DNA of 64,000 bases from an uncultured virus (IMG/VR IMGVR_UViG_3300028797_000122) (lineage: Duplodnaviria; Heunggongvirae; Uroviricota; Caudoviricetes). The notes beneath the pieces were generated by a model. That model was given only the letters and a program-made list of their open reading frames with translations. It had not been told where the DNA came from and did no database searches. The stretch lies in the IMG/VR virus record IMGVR_UViG_3300028797_000122. One strand, written 5' to 3'. Numbering within the stretch: position 1 is the stretch's first letter; each line of letters starts with the position of its first letter. This document shows positions 8,946-19,289 of this stretch, in pieces. A program made the position numbers and the translations under genes.

Positions 8946-10709
8946 ATGGCACAGAGTTTTTCTAATGCTTTTCCTCTTGAATCTATCGGGCGTGACATTG
9001 CCAGAAACAACTATAACTACGAGTCGATTTTCAACGCACTGATGGAGTGGAATAATTCTGAAAAGGATTATGTCACGGTTCGCCTGATGAAGAATAGCGC
9101 ACCTTATTTCCATACATGGACTTTCCCTACGAAGAAGGCTCAGTCGAAAACGGCTAGCATCTCGTTGGTAACCCCTGTCGCAGCAAATGCCTTTGACCTT
9201 GATGGCGAATACGGGATGGTTGCATCAACCGATGCGACTGATGAGGGTAAGGATGATGTCGTGATTCGAATAAATGTAGTTAATCCAGGTAACACCCGTT
9301 GGCGAGCCTTTGCTGATGTTTTAATCCTAGATTCTACGGACGAAGCGGAAACTCTCAAGTATGCTGTTTACCGCAAGCCCGAAACGGGTGGAGTATACAG
9401 CCTTTACATGGTAGATAGTCCGAAGGAAGGCTCGACCGATGCTGTTGTTAGCCCATTGATTGTTGATTTTAGCTCAGTAAATGGGCGTCAGAACATGAAG
9501 CACCATTTTGTTGTCAACGAGGGTTCTGTTTATGCAGTTACCACAGACAATCCGCTGTATATTAACGATTTGGGCACATCGAAGGCGATTCGTGTTGGAA
9601 CTGTGTGGAAAACAGGGACTTCGTACAACAAGGGTGAGCTTGTCGTGAAAAATGATGGCGATGGCTACCACATGTTTGTTAACCTGGCTGAAGACGGTGC
9701 TAACCTGAGTGACCCTAGCGATTATTTAGGAACTTTGGTTGACGGTAGCTATGTAGATTATGCAGGGGAGGACCAGCTATGGAAGGAAATGGTGCTTCTT
9801 CCGATAAGCAACATTTTCAACAGTTCGTCCGTAATCAGGATGAAGCCAGACAATGACTTTATGGGTATTGTTTTGCAAAACGCAGGCAATTCCTATGCCG
9901 AACCTGCCGTCAATATTGGAATAGAGGGTAATAGCAAGTACAAGACGAAGGATAGTACCTATGCCCGTCGTGTAGGCGTGTACAATACGGCTAACTACAC
10001 CATGTTCCCATACACGAACAACGATGTGTGGGTTGAAGGAAGGGATTGTGTCTACGACCCTAATATTCCTATCACACAGCGTCAAGGATACAGTGCAAGC
10101 ATGATTTTTGACCATTCCAGGGATGATGTAACTACTCTGAATTACATCAATTACGATGGCCCGGACCTTGACCAAGGCCTGTGCATCTATCTTCCTGTTC
10201 ATGGCCAGTCCGATGATAGTAATGCGGAGAACACGCCGGAAGATGGATACACATTTGACTTCTTCTTTAGGATATGGCCGACTCCTGCATACAATGGTCA
10301 TTCGACAAACGACCTTATCATAAACAAGGCTCAGATATACGTTTACTCCGTTGATGATGCTGACGAGGCTAAGAGCGGTTCATGTACGCTCAACCCTCTG
10401 GCAAAGTTTAGCATGGCCCGTCTCACGAACTTCTATGTCTATGACGAGAATATCGGCGTGCCTAACCGTCCCGTGATGTATCGTGCATCATTCGTCTATT
10501 CTGCCGAAGATAAAAAGTGGAAAGTGGCGGACTATTACCAGTTGCCGGACCATGTGTTTATCGGTCCTGTCGGCTTCGTTGACCCTACAAATAAGGGCAT
10601 TACGGACGATTCCAGACCCGGAAATGACTACCAGGGTTATGAAACAGCAGGATTCCCGATGTTTGCTGACCCGTTTGAAAAAACTTCGTTAGAACCTGTG
10701 CAAGAATAG
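8946..10709 (+). CDS. Probable virion structural protein with a CBM5/12-like motif
   Basis: WKTGTSYNKGELVVKN resembles the WxxxxxYxxGxxV carbohydrate-binding motif. Lies directly downstream of the fibre-like gene. Confidence 0.45.
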   Translation: MAQSFSNAFPLESIGRDIARNNYNYESIFNALMEWNNSEKDYVTVRLMKNSAPYFHTWTFPTKKAQSKTASISLVTPVAANAFDLDGEYGMVASTDATDEGKDDVVIRINVVNPGNTRWRAFADVLILDSTDEAETLKYAVYRKPETGGVYSLYMVDSPKEGSTDAVVSPLIVDFSSVNGRQNMKHHFVVNEGSVYAVTTDNPLYINDLGTSKAIRVGTVWKTGTSYNKGELVVKNDGDGYHMFVNLAEDGANLSDPSDYLGTLVDGSYVDYAGEDQLWKEMVLLPISNIFNSSSVIRMKPDNDFMGIVLQNAGNSYAEPAVNIGIEGNSKYKTKDSTYARRVGVYNTANYTMFPYTNNDVWVEGRDCVYDPNIPITQRQGYSASMIFDHSRDDVTTLNYINYDGPDLDQGLCIYLPVHGQSDDSNAENTPEDGYTFDFFFRIWPTPAYNGHSTNDLIINKAQIYVYSVDDADEAKSGSCTLNPLAKFSMARLTNFYVYDENIGVPNRPVMYRASFVYSAEDKKWKVADYYQLPDHVFIGPVGFVDPTNKGITDDSRPGNDYQGYETAGFPMFADPFEKTSLEPVQE

Positions 10710-10792
10710 CGTTTGAAAAATATAATTTAGTGGTAGAAGCGCTGACTGCTTCATGTTACATTATTTTTGCCTTTTGAGGCGGATGGAGAAAG

Positions 10793-11314
10793 ATGTATAC
10801 ACGTTCAGAAATAAATAAGTTTTTACGATGCTATAAATGCACGGGCAGCCAGAAGAAGACTGCACAGGATTTTGCCGACTTTGCCTATGTTGGACAGAAG
10901 GACAAGGCTGGCGGAACGTTGATGTCTCATGCGGAAAGAGTCGTTGAGTACCTTGAAAAGAACGGTTATAGTGATAATGTCGTTATCGTAGGCTATCTAC
11001 ACGACATCTTGGATAACGGTGGCTTTTGCCAGAGTGACCTAAGCATGTTCTTCCCGGAAGAGGTATGCGAAGCTGTATCCCATCTTTCGCACAACAAGAC
11101 ATCTTGCCGTGAGGAGTATCTTACCAAAATCATGGAAAACAAGATTGCCACAATCGTTAAGATTGGCGACTTGACTGACAACATGGTTATCACCAAGAAG
11201 GAATACCCGACAGACCGTGAATACTGGAAGACTTGCAAGTACAATCGTGAGATTGAGCGTCTTACCGACAAGCTTCACGAGTTTGGTGACGAGCCCGAGC
11301 AGGCGGAAGACTAG
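10793..11314 (+). CDS. HD-domain protein of the RelA/SpoT-hydrolase (Mesh1/SAH-like) group, degenerate
   Basis: GQKDKAG...SHAERV...YLHDILD...VKIGDLTDN follows the H.GQ.DK.G.PY..H...LHD..ED...VK.AD...N pattern with substitutions. Confidence 0.7.
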   Translation: MYTRSEINKFLRCYKCTGSQKKTAQDFADFAYVGQKDKAGGTLMSHAERVVEYLEKNGYSDNVVIVGYLHDILDNGGFCQSDLSMFFPEEVCEAVSHLSHNKTSCREEYLTKIMENKIATIVKIGDLTDNMVITKKEYPTDREYWKTCKYNREIERLTDKLHEFGDEPEQAED

Positions 11315-11326
11315 AACGCTCTAATT

Positions 11327-11923
11327 TTAAAACATATGGTCTAGGTCAAAATCCTCTTCACCCTCTGGCACGGGTTCCTCTGCAGGAGGTTCTTCGCTCG
11401 GTGGAGTAGGGTTTTCCGCAGGCTGTTCTGTCTGCTGGTCAGTAGTTTGGTCAGTCGGTGTGTCCGTTTGAGGTTCATCAGCAAACAGGTTATCCAGGTT
11501 AAAGTCTTCTTGCTCTTCCACCATAGGTTCAGCAGGAGTTTCTTCGGTTGGTTGTGGCGGCACTGAATTGTCTGCCGGGGGAGGGACCTGACCGAACAGG
11601 TCGGCTTGTTGAGCCGGGTCTGGTTCGACGGTTTCGACATTGTCGTCCTTATGGTCGAATATCTCGTCGCCTTCCTTCTTGTTGTTGTTTACACCAACCA
11701 TGGAATGTACCTTGTCCATGAGGTCGTTCACACCCTTTGTGTTGGTCTGCGTGATTTCAGTCTTTTCGACCGGGGTTTCAGCGGCTTCGTTGTCCGTCTG
11801 GCCCATTTGCGGAGCCAAGTTTGATTCCATTAGACATTTGCGGTATATCTTTGATACGGACTCGTACAATGCGGGTTCATGGGTTCTTAGATATCGAAGT
11901 TGTTGACTGAATGTTGCTGGCAT
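11327..11923 (-). CDS. Acidic, P/E/T-rich hypothetical protein with shared leader
   Basis: ORF track. Leader FSQQLRYL...ESVSKIYRKCLMES. EDF(N/D)LD(N/H)(L/M)F occurs twice. Confidence 0.75.
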   Translation of the reverse strand: MPATFSQQLRYLRTHEPALYESVSKIYRKCLMESNLAPQMGQTDNEAAETPVEKTEITQTNTKGVNDLMDKVHSMVGVNNNKKEGDEIFDHKDDNVETVEPDPAQQADLFGQVPPPADNSVPPQPTEETPAEPMVEEQEDFNLDNLFADEPQTDTPTDQTTDQQTEQPAENPTPPSEEPPAEEPVPEGEEDFDLDHMF

Positions 11924-11927
11924 GATA

Positions 11928-12368
11928 TTATCCTACGATGTTGTCCATCTTGCCGTTAAGTGCGGCATTGACGGTATTCTGAACTTCGTCCAGTTCGCTG
12001 TCCAGCTTTTTCTGAGCATCGGCAGCGGCCTTCTGGTTTGCTTCCTTCTGTTTTTCAATTTCTTGGAAACGTGCGGCGAGAGACATCATTTTCTGTGAGT
12101 CGAGGTTATTCAGGTCACCTTGAACAGTCCTTGGTTCGACTTTATTCTGCTGCTGTTGCGGCTGTTGCTGTTGCTGATTAGCATTTGCAATTACCTGATT
12201 CTGCTGTTGTGTATTAGCCGTCGAAATAGTCTGCGGCTGCTGGATGGTAACGGCAGATTCGAACTGGGATTTGCCTTCGTTCCTTAACCATACGTCGTGC
12301 AGGGCGTTGATTGCAGTCTTGAACTTTTCGTCGTCGACGTATTCGTTGATGAACTTGATGAATGTCAT
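11928..12368 (-). CDS. Q-rich coiled-coil hypothetical protein with shared leader
   Basis: ORF track. FIKFINEY...KTAINALHDVW...QFES. GAGG RBS and late promoter upstream. Confidence 0.75.
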   Translation of the reverse strand: MTFIKFINEYVDDEKFKTAINALHDVWLRNEGKSQFESAVTIQQPQTISTANTQQQNQVIANANQQQQQPQQQQNKVEPRTVQGDLNNLDSQKMMSLAARFQEIEKQKEANQKAAADAQKKLDSELDEVQNTVNAALNGKMDNIVG

Positions 12369-12399
12369 TGTACTTTCCTCATGTAATTGCCTCTGTGTA

Positions 12400-12443
12400 T
12401 AGTTTATACCCTTGATGCTGATTGTGTACCAGATTATAAACTA
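12400..12443. promoter_or_regulatory. Divergent pair of TATAAACTA late promoters (- at 12400-12408, + at 12435-12443)
   Basis: Exact motifs. Confidence 0.75.
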
Positions 12444-12465
12444 TAATTGAAAAATTGGAGACCAG

Positions 12466-15400
12466 ATGGAAAGCAGAAATTTAAAAATAAAGGATTATGT
12501 AACTCATGAACGTGTTCCTGTGAGGGGTGATTCTCATGGAAATTTCACGCTGAGTCCTTTAGGCTTTCCGTTCGTGAACCGAAGTGGATACCAGCGTGGC
12601 ACAACGCCGCCAACGACGTTCAGTGCGTCCATGGTGTATAAGCCGGAAACGTTTGAAACTACGATTACCCCTATTCTTGAATACAAGGATGAGTTCAAGT
12701 TTCCTCGTACTGACAGCGACCATGATACATTCCAAGTTAATGCTATCTTGAAAGTCCGTGACCTTGGATATTCTATATCCAGTGACTCAGCGAATTTCTA
12801 TCAGCAGGCAGTGGTGTCAGTCAAGGTAGATGATGCCACTTACGAACAGGTAAATGGTATTTATCACGTTGATGATACCAACCATATACCCGTAGCGCAA
12901 TCGGTTGATATTCCAGATGATTTCCCTGAAGACGGTATCTCTTGTAAGGTGACGTTCAGCCCTGAGGAGACAAAGGATATTGTCAGTCCGATGTTCATAC
13001 AGTTTACGGGTAGCGGCGATAACAACGGTGTTTACAAGCTGGTCGTTCAGGAGAAACCGGGCAGCGACATTACTCGTTACACATGGATGTACAAGACTTC
13101 CAATGAAGAAATTGCATGCGGTGGCGAAGATAATGTCACGTTCGACGGAAGCGAGAATGATAACGTCCATGACCATTATCGAAATAGGGTAAGTGACCAG
13201 GAAGTTGCTGATTACCTTAACCACATGCTCGGTGTCGCAATCGAATGTGGAAAGTTCCACGGGGCGGAATATCCAGTAGATTCACATGGTCTTCTAGTGA
13301 AATGGTTCCTTAGCCGTGGAGCAATCGTTCACTCGGTCGCCGGAAAGACTGTTGTCCTTGACGGGTTCGGCCATGTCTTGGCCAAGAGTGATTTGAGCGA
13401 TTGTTCGGGTACACCAGAAGACAGCGATAGGGGGCCATACGGCATAGGGATTATGCACGAGTGGCGAATGTCAACTGCCGGAGGCTATTACCCATCATAT
13501 GAGTTGGACTCCGATTATAACAACATATCGCTTGAAGTCGAGAAGTCTGGTGAACGGCACACGTTTATCATCAACCAAGACCTGAGTGATATGGTGGATG
13601 CTCCTCCGAGAAAGACGTTTATACATCTTCCCGCAGGCTTGGACTTGGCTGACGGAACAGAAGTCGAAATGAATATCGCTCTGCCTGTTGTTAGCCAGCC
13701 AGACAAAGTTGACTCGACAGAGGAACAACTAGAAGCGGCCATTAAGAGCTATACGGACTATGTGTCCCAGCCTCGTGTTTACATTGTGTCAGGTAAGCAG
13801 GTTCCGCTTCCGAATAACTCCGTTCAGGATTCAGGCATATCTACGACATCGAGTTCTTTCACGTTCAGGCCGAAGAATTCAATCGACGTTGAGAATGGGG
13901 CCCATATTGCATTCGGGTTGCTTAATAGATATGAATGCTCAAAGACTTTCCACTTCGTTGGTGTTGTCCGTAAGAATGGTAATACAACTACCATAGAGGT
14001 GAACGGCCAGTTCCCATACAACCGTTCAAGCAGAAGATGGAAAATGTATTCCAAGGATGCTACCTGCATTGTTGACGTAAGGACTGTCGATGACGATGGT
14101 GGTTTGACGGAATATACGACTGATAGCGGAGCGTTCAATAAAGACGAGACGCTTAAACCGAAATTCCCGACTGACCCCAAACTGATTGATGAAGATTCTA
14201 TCATTGCCACTGTGTATCCGACATCGACGAATACTTTCCCGTGGAGACTTAACGGAAGAAGCCGTGTCCGCCATCTAGGGCTGACCGCTAGTTCAAGTGT
14301 AGATTATAACGAGAATGCTAAACCGTTGACTAGGTTCGTGTTCGAGATGAACAAAAAAATATATGGTCACCTCAGCGACATGTTCCATGGTTACAAACCA
14401 ATGTCGTATCTTCGTTATGACGAGGAAAACACTGACGAAACCGTTGGACACTCTATTCTAGCATCGCTCCTTAGGGTAGCGTTGCCGACAAGCCTTGATG
14501 CTGACATTGACGAGACGAAGAAGGATGATATGTATGTGGTGGCTAATGCCACAAAGGCATTCCGGGAACTTATTGGAGATTTTAAGGTAGCCAGAGTCGG
14601 GTATGAATCATCTCGTGGATGGAGCAATAAGCAAGAAACCAGCTGGGGATATACAGCGGATAGACAGGGAGATATATGCCCGCTGCCTGATGTCAGTGAG
14701 CCGCTTGAAGATGGAACCGAGCAACGACTAAACGATTGGGAAACTAAGATTATCCATCTTCCGAACTACTGTCTCGGCGTTGATGAAAAACTGAAAAGGA
14801 ATCTAGCCTATGCGGGTTGGAACGAGTACACCCGCACAGATAATTTTAGAATTTTCTATGCTGATGAGGTAGATAAGTTTGTCGACTGGGACGGATATGA
14901 AGGCGTAGGTAATACGCATTACAAAGAATTTAAAGACGATTCTGGAACGACACAGAGGACTGTTGACAATTACACAGATGATGCGGAAGGTGACATCCCG
15001 TTTAACTATACTGCAGAAAACAGTGTATTCAAGCTCTTTGTTGTGAGTAAGAATAAGCAGACTGTTAATCAGTACGGAGCATACGTTCATGGATTCCTTG
15101 ACCTTCCGATAATCAAGAGGGGTCTTAGAGCAATATCGTGGCTTTTCGTTGATGAGAGTCATCCTGGACAAGAAAGCGAATTTCTGAATCGTGAAATGGA
15201 GCCGTTCTATCCGAGTTCACATGTTATATCTACGGACGGAGTTGCGTTTCCTGATGTTAGCAGAAATCTACTGCGTGACTTTATACAGCACGCTGATGTT
15301 GAAGACCGGGATGTAAAACGAGCTCTTCTCGCTTTCCCGGATAAGGTAGTTACGTTTAAGGACGAGAGCATATCTGATTTGTCAGCTGAATTGATTTCGG

Positions 15401-16680
15401 CCAATATTCCGAACGATGACGAGAACCCGGCAGTTGACTACATGAAGTCTTTGCTTACAATGTATTCCAACGGAATGCCGTTGCATATGTATGACGCACA
15501 TCGTGCCATCAATGTGGAGTCGTCTAGTGATGATTATGAAGAGTTGCTTCATACGCACGAAGTTACGCTATATAACAGAAATGCAGATTCCGATATGCAA
15601 AAGCAGCATAGGTACTGTGACCTTGCAACTAATACCACAGATGGACAAGGCAGTGAAGATGTCAACATGACTTACAACTTCATTTCAGAAAATGCTCTTG
15701 AAACATCTAGTGCGGTATCTCTTACATCGGCCTTGGAAAGTGTTTCCGCTTCGTTTATCGAAAATGTGTTTGGAGCCAAAACGGATGAGGACGAGACCAC
15801 GCATAACGGAATGTATACTAGAATTCACATTTCGGCAGTATTCTCGTCTAGTCTCGGCAGATGGATAGTGAAGGATTACAGACAGTATCCTACCTGCTAT
15901 TTGACTCCGCTATATGGTGCGAACACCATAGACTACACGGAGAAGTCATACGCCTACGGCAATCCTAAGAGCTATGCAAACCGTGTCTCGATGAATGCGG
16001 GAATGGCCAACAAGGTATTCAACGTAAGCAAGTACATTGATGCATGTGAAAAACAGCCTTTATGGCAACTTCCTTGTGGCGTAGGAAGTGACTATAGAGA
16101 TGGCCTGTATACCCGTTATTCCGAGCAGGCTCCTCTTGAAATGAACCCAGGTTGTATCCCGTTCCTGATGGAATCGTTCCCGTATGACAATGACGGAAAG
16201 TTGGATAGTTCTGTCAAGTTCAGGAACCTGTACGAAAGCATATCTACTCCAATGGATGCCAACGGGGAATCAAAGGAAGGGGCGGTCCCGGAGGTCAACT
16301 TCTGGAACATCAAACTGCATGTAAGGCCAGCCCGCAGTGCATACCCAGGCGCCGACGTTCCTAGCAATACGGCAAGAACTGGCGGAACCATAGCTGAACC
16401 TACACTAGGTATGTTCCACGACCTTGATGAGGGTATCGAAGGCGAATTCATCATTACTGACGATGAAACGAACCAGACAGAATACCTGATTGACGACCTC
16501 ACTCATATTGGTCCTGATATTGAGGTAGAACCGGGTGACGAGCGTGTTCCGTATGTCATATTGACCGATTCCGATGAATACGGTTCGCTGGTATACGATG
16601 AGCCTGACCCGGAAGGATGCTCTACTAAGTATGTGGCGATAGCGACAGACAATCCGTTAAGTCCAAAATACGCAGATTAA
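12466..16680 (+). CDS. Large hypothetical protein (1404 aa), probably virion-associated
   Basis: Long ORF with GGAG RBS and late promoter; no family recognised. Confidence 0.7.
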   Translation: MESRNLKIKDYVTHERVPVRGDSHGNFTLSPLGFPFVNRSGYQRGTTPPTTFSASMVYKPETFETTITPILEYKDEFKFPRTDSDHDTFQVNAILKVRDLGYSISSDSANFYQQAVVSVKVDDATYEQVNGIYHVDDTNHIPVAQSVDIPDDFPEDGISCKVTFSPEETKDIVSPMFIQFTGSGDNNGVYKLVVQEKPGSDITRYTWMYKTSNEEIACGGEDNVTFDGSENDNVHDHYRNRVSDQEVADYLNHMLGVAIECGKFHGAEYPVDSHGLLVKWFLSRGAIVHSVAGKTVVLDGFGHVLAKSDLSDCSGTPEDSDRGPYGIGIMHEWRMSTAGGYYPSYELDSDYNNISLEVEKSGERHTFIINQDLSDMVDAPPRKTFIHLPAGLDLADGTEVEMNIALPVVSQPDKVDSTEEQLEAAIKSYTDYVSQPRVYIVSGKQVPLPNNSVQDSGISTTSSSFTFRPKNSIDVENGAHIAFGLLNRYECSKTFHFVGVVRKNGNTTTIEVNGQFPYNRSSRRWKMYSKDATCIVDVRTVDDDGGLTEYTTDSGAFNKDETLKPKFPTDPKLIDEDSIIATVYPTSTNTFPWRLNGRSRVRHLGLTASSSVDYNENAKPLTRFVFEMNKKIYGHLSDMFHGYKPMSYLRYDEENTDETVGHSILASLLRVALPTSLDADIDETKKDDMYVVANATKAFRELIGDFKVARVGYESSRGWSNKQETSWGYTADRQGDICPLPDVSEPLEDGTEQRLNDWETKIIHLPNYCLGVDEKLKRNLAYAGWNEYTRTDNFRIFYADEVDKFVDWDGYEGVGNTHYKEFKDDSGTTQRTVDNYTDDAEGDIPFNYTAENSVFKLFVVSKNKQTVNQYGAYVHGFLDLPIIKRGLRAISWLFVDESHPGQESEFLNREMEPFYPSSHVISTDGVAFPDVSRNLLRDFIQHADVEDRDVKRALLAFPDKVVTFKDESISDLSAELISANIPNDDENPAVDYMKSLLTMYSNGMPLHMYDAHRAINVESSSDDYEELLHTHEVTLYNRNADSDMQKQHRYCDLATNTTDGQGSEDVNMTYNFISENALETSSAVSLTSALESVSASFIENVFGAKTDEDETTHNGMYTRIHISAVFSSSLGRWIVKDYRQYPTCYLTPLYGANTIDYTEKSYAYGNPKSYANRVSMNAGMANKVFNVSKYIDACEKQPLWQLPCGVGSDYRDGLYTRYSEQAPLEMNPGCIPFLMESFPYDNDGKLDSSVKFRNLYESISTPMDANGESKEGAVPEVNFWNIKLHVRPARSAYPGADVPSNTARTGGTIAEPTLGMFHDLDEGIEGEFIITDDETNQTEYLIDDLTHIGPDIEVEPGDERVPYVILTDSDEYGSLVYDEPDPEGCSTKYVAIATDNPLSPKYAD

Positions 16681-16758
16681 AAATTTTTTACTAGAATAGC
16701 TTGTAAAAAACATATATTTCAACTTAGAAGTTAAACCCTCTAAGTTGGGATTTTAAAT

Positions 16759-18039
16759 ATGAAGACAAGTACCCCCGAAAGCGGTTTCATTGTCACGCTC
16801 AATGCTGAACAGAAGGAACTCTTCAAGATAGCACAGAGATATGGATGGAACCGTCAGAAACTACTTGATAATGCACAGAAAGAAATCGACAAGGCTGGCC
16901 TCGGCATCTCCAAGGATACGTTGCGCAAGCGCTTTGACAGACTTTCCGAAAGATTCAACACTTACAACGCTGCTCTGAACAAGGATGAGGAAGTCCCCCA
17001 ATATCCGCAGGATAAGGAAGACCCAGTCGAAGACCGTAGGGAAAGCGAAAATACCTACTTAAAGAAGCAGCTGAACAGCCTCCGTGCCGAAAACAATAAG
17101 CTCAGGGTTCGTTCATATGTTGCAACAGAGTTGGCTGATGCATTGAAGACAGAAATTGCCGAAGTTGAATACGACAAGTTCTACATCAATGTCAAGAAGG
17201 CTAACGACGGTGAAAACCACCTTGTTCTTCCAATTTCGGATGCCCACTATGGAGAAGTTGTTCCAAGTGCCAGCACCCACGGAATTAACGAGTACAATCC
17301 AGACATTTCCAAGGCACGTCATATCAAACTCTTTGAAAAGGCTCTTGAAATGGCCCGTGACAACAAGTGCGGAACCCTTGACATTCTCATGCTTGGTGAC
17401 CTTTTCTCTGGCAACATCCATGACGAACTTAAAGAGACTAACGCTGGCCCGCTCACTAAGCTCCTTATTGACTACTTCAAATTCATTGTAGGTGCTTTCA
17501 AGAGCCTGAAGAATCAGTTCAAGAAGATGAATGTTTACTGCGTAGTTGGTAACCATTCCCGTACAAATCAGAAATGGCAGGCAAAGAATAAGGCGTACGA
17601 TAACTACGAGTACATCCTGTACAAGTTCATCGAGGAAGCATTTGCCGAAGACAAGACCGTTTCCATCCATGTTTCCGAAGCCCCGTCTGACATTGCCGTA
17701 ATCGGTGAACAGAAGTGGAAGATTGAACATGGCGACGCATATCGTGGCGGCGGTGCATTCTGCTCCCCGATTAGCACGGTCACCAGAGACAACTTCAAGG
17801 ACTACGGAATGTTCATGAAGATGGGCATTGATTTCGATGTCGCCATCATGGGTCACTGGCATCGTGGCGGTGAATGGTTCCTCAGCGGCAAGTGCATCCC
17901 TGTGTTCCTCAACCCGTCAATCGTCGGCCCTAACGAATACAGTATTGAAAAACTCCACGAGACTTTCCCTGCTTCCAGCTACATCTTCGTGACCAACGGC
18001 AAGGAAATCACATCTCAAACCCTCTACATGTTGCAATAG
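16759..18039 (+). CDS. Calcineurin-like metallophosphoesterase with N-terminal helical/coiled-coil region
   Basis: Motifs SDAHYG, LGDLFSG, VGNHSR, EHGD and MGHWH. Confidence 0.85.
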   Translation: MKTSTPESGFIVTLNAEQKELFKIAQRYGWNRQKLLDNAQKEIDKAGLGISKDTLRKRFDRLSERFNTYNAALNKDEEVPQYPQDKEDPVEDRRESENTYLKKQLNSLRAENNKLRVRSYVATELADALKTEIAEVEYDKFYINVKKANDGENHLVLPISDAHYGEVVPSASTHGINEYNPDISKARHIKLFEKALEMARDNKCGTLDILMLGDLFSGNIHDELKETNAGPLTKLLIDYFKFIVGAFKSLKNQFKKMNVYCVVGNHSRTNQKWQAKNKAYDNYEYILYKFIEEAFAEDKTVSIHVSEAPSDIAVIGEQKWKIEHGDAYRGGGAFCSPISTVTRDNFKDYGMFMKMGIDFDVAIMGHWHRGGEWFLSGKCIPVFLNPSIVGPNEYSIEKLHETFPASSYIFVTNGKEITSQTLYMLQ

Positions 18040-18042
18040 ATT

Positions 18043-19197
18043 ATGGCTACATTTTCAATGGCAAAGGCTCACATATTGAGGCTCGCTCCTGAAACGGCGT
18101 GCCTCCTTATCGGTCAGCCAGGTATTGGTAAAACTGAGTTTGTTTTCGACCTTGCTCAAACGCTGGGTCTTGAACTCGTCAAGCTCCGTTGTGCCGAAGC
18201 TGGTGAAACGGGAGACCTTACTGGCCTTCTGAGGGAAGTCAACGGAGTTCATTCCCATACGATTCCCGACTGGCTTTCCCACAACAGGCCCGTATTGCTG
18301 TTCCTTGACGAAATCAACCGTGCCAAGAAAGACACCATCAACGCTATCATGCAGCTTTGTACGAAGGAACAGGAATTCCTTGGCCACAGGCTCGCACCGG
18401 GGTCAAGGGTTATATGTGCGATGAACCCGTCCGATATCGCCAGTAACGATGTTGACGAGCTGAACCGTGCCTTGTATTCCCGTATGTCCAGAATTCACAT
18501 CGACGTTAGCAAGACTGACTGGCTTGCGTGGGCCACGACGCACGGCATCCACCCTGATATCATCAACTACATCGACCAAGCTACTGACGAGCACTTGTTC
18601 AAGATGGAAGATGTGGATAATTTCGAGGATGAAAACACGGTCAACCCGAGAGCGTGGGAAAACTTCTCGAAGATGTACATTAACGGAATTAAGTTGGGTG
18701 ATTACAAGCAGAATCCGAGCCTGATACAGAAGGATGCTGCTAGCCATCTCGGCCCCGTCGAAGCGTTGGCATTCTTCTCTTGGCTCTGCACGAAGCGGAT
18801 GTTCAACCCGCAGAATTTCCTCTTGGAAACTAACCCGACAAAAGCTATCACGGCAGCCACTCGTGTTTCTAAAATGCTTGATGTCTACCAGACTGAGCTG
18901 TGCCGTAATGTTACCAAGACGATGATATCACTTCTGTCCAATCCTTCGATGGAAACGCACAAGAGTACAATTATTGCTAACTTGTATTACTTGTATGACC
19001 GCTTGTCGGTCGAGCATGTTGCTGACGCATACGAGACTTACATCAGGGAGGCTGCTCTTCAGAACGACAAGCCGGACTGGTTCACTAAGTTGGCTCATAC
19101 CAACGAGGAGACATGGAGTAAGATAAAAACCATTATACAAGGAAAGGGAAAACCCGTCGTTGGTGTAAAAAATTCTAAACAATCAAAGAAAAAATAA
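18043..19197 (+). CDS. MoxR-like AAA+ ATPase
   Basis: Walker A GQPGIGKT, DLTGL, Walker B LFLDEINRA, AMNP, ALYSR and NPRAWE. Confidence 0.85.
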   Translation: MATFSMAKAHILRLAPETACLLIGQPGIGKTEFVFDLAQTLGLELVKLRCAEAGETGDLTGLLREVNGVHSHTIPDWLSHNRPVLLFLDEINRAKKDTINAIMQLCTKEQEFLGHRLAPGSRVICAMNPSDIASNDVDELNRALYSRMSRIHIDVSKTDWLAWATTHGIHPDIINYIDQATDEHLFKMEDVDNFEDENTVNPRAWENFSKMYINGIKLGDYKQNPSLIQKDAASHLGPVEALAFFSWLCTKRMFNPQNFLLETNPTKAITAATRVSKMLDVYQTELCRNVTKTMISLLSNPSMETHKSTIIANLYYLYDRLSVEHVADAYETYIREAALQNDKPDWFTKLAHTNEETWSKIKTIIQGKGKPVVGVKNSKQSKKK

Positions 19198-19215
19198 CTT
19201 TTTTATCGAAACCCC

Positions 19216-19244
19216 TTGCCAGAGGGGTTTTAATATACTATATT
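19216..19244 (+). promoter_or_regulatory. Sigma70-type promoter TTGCCA-N17-TATATT overlapping a hairpin (aaacccct...aggggttt)
   Basis: Exact 17-nt spacer; the same architecture recurs at 37093, 44715 and 46125. Confidence 0.65.
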
Positions 19245-19289
19245 CCTTGTCAGTGGACTAGAAAATTCACTCAACACAAAAGGTAAAAT

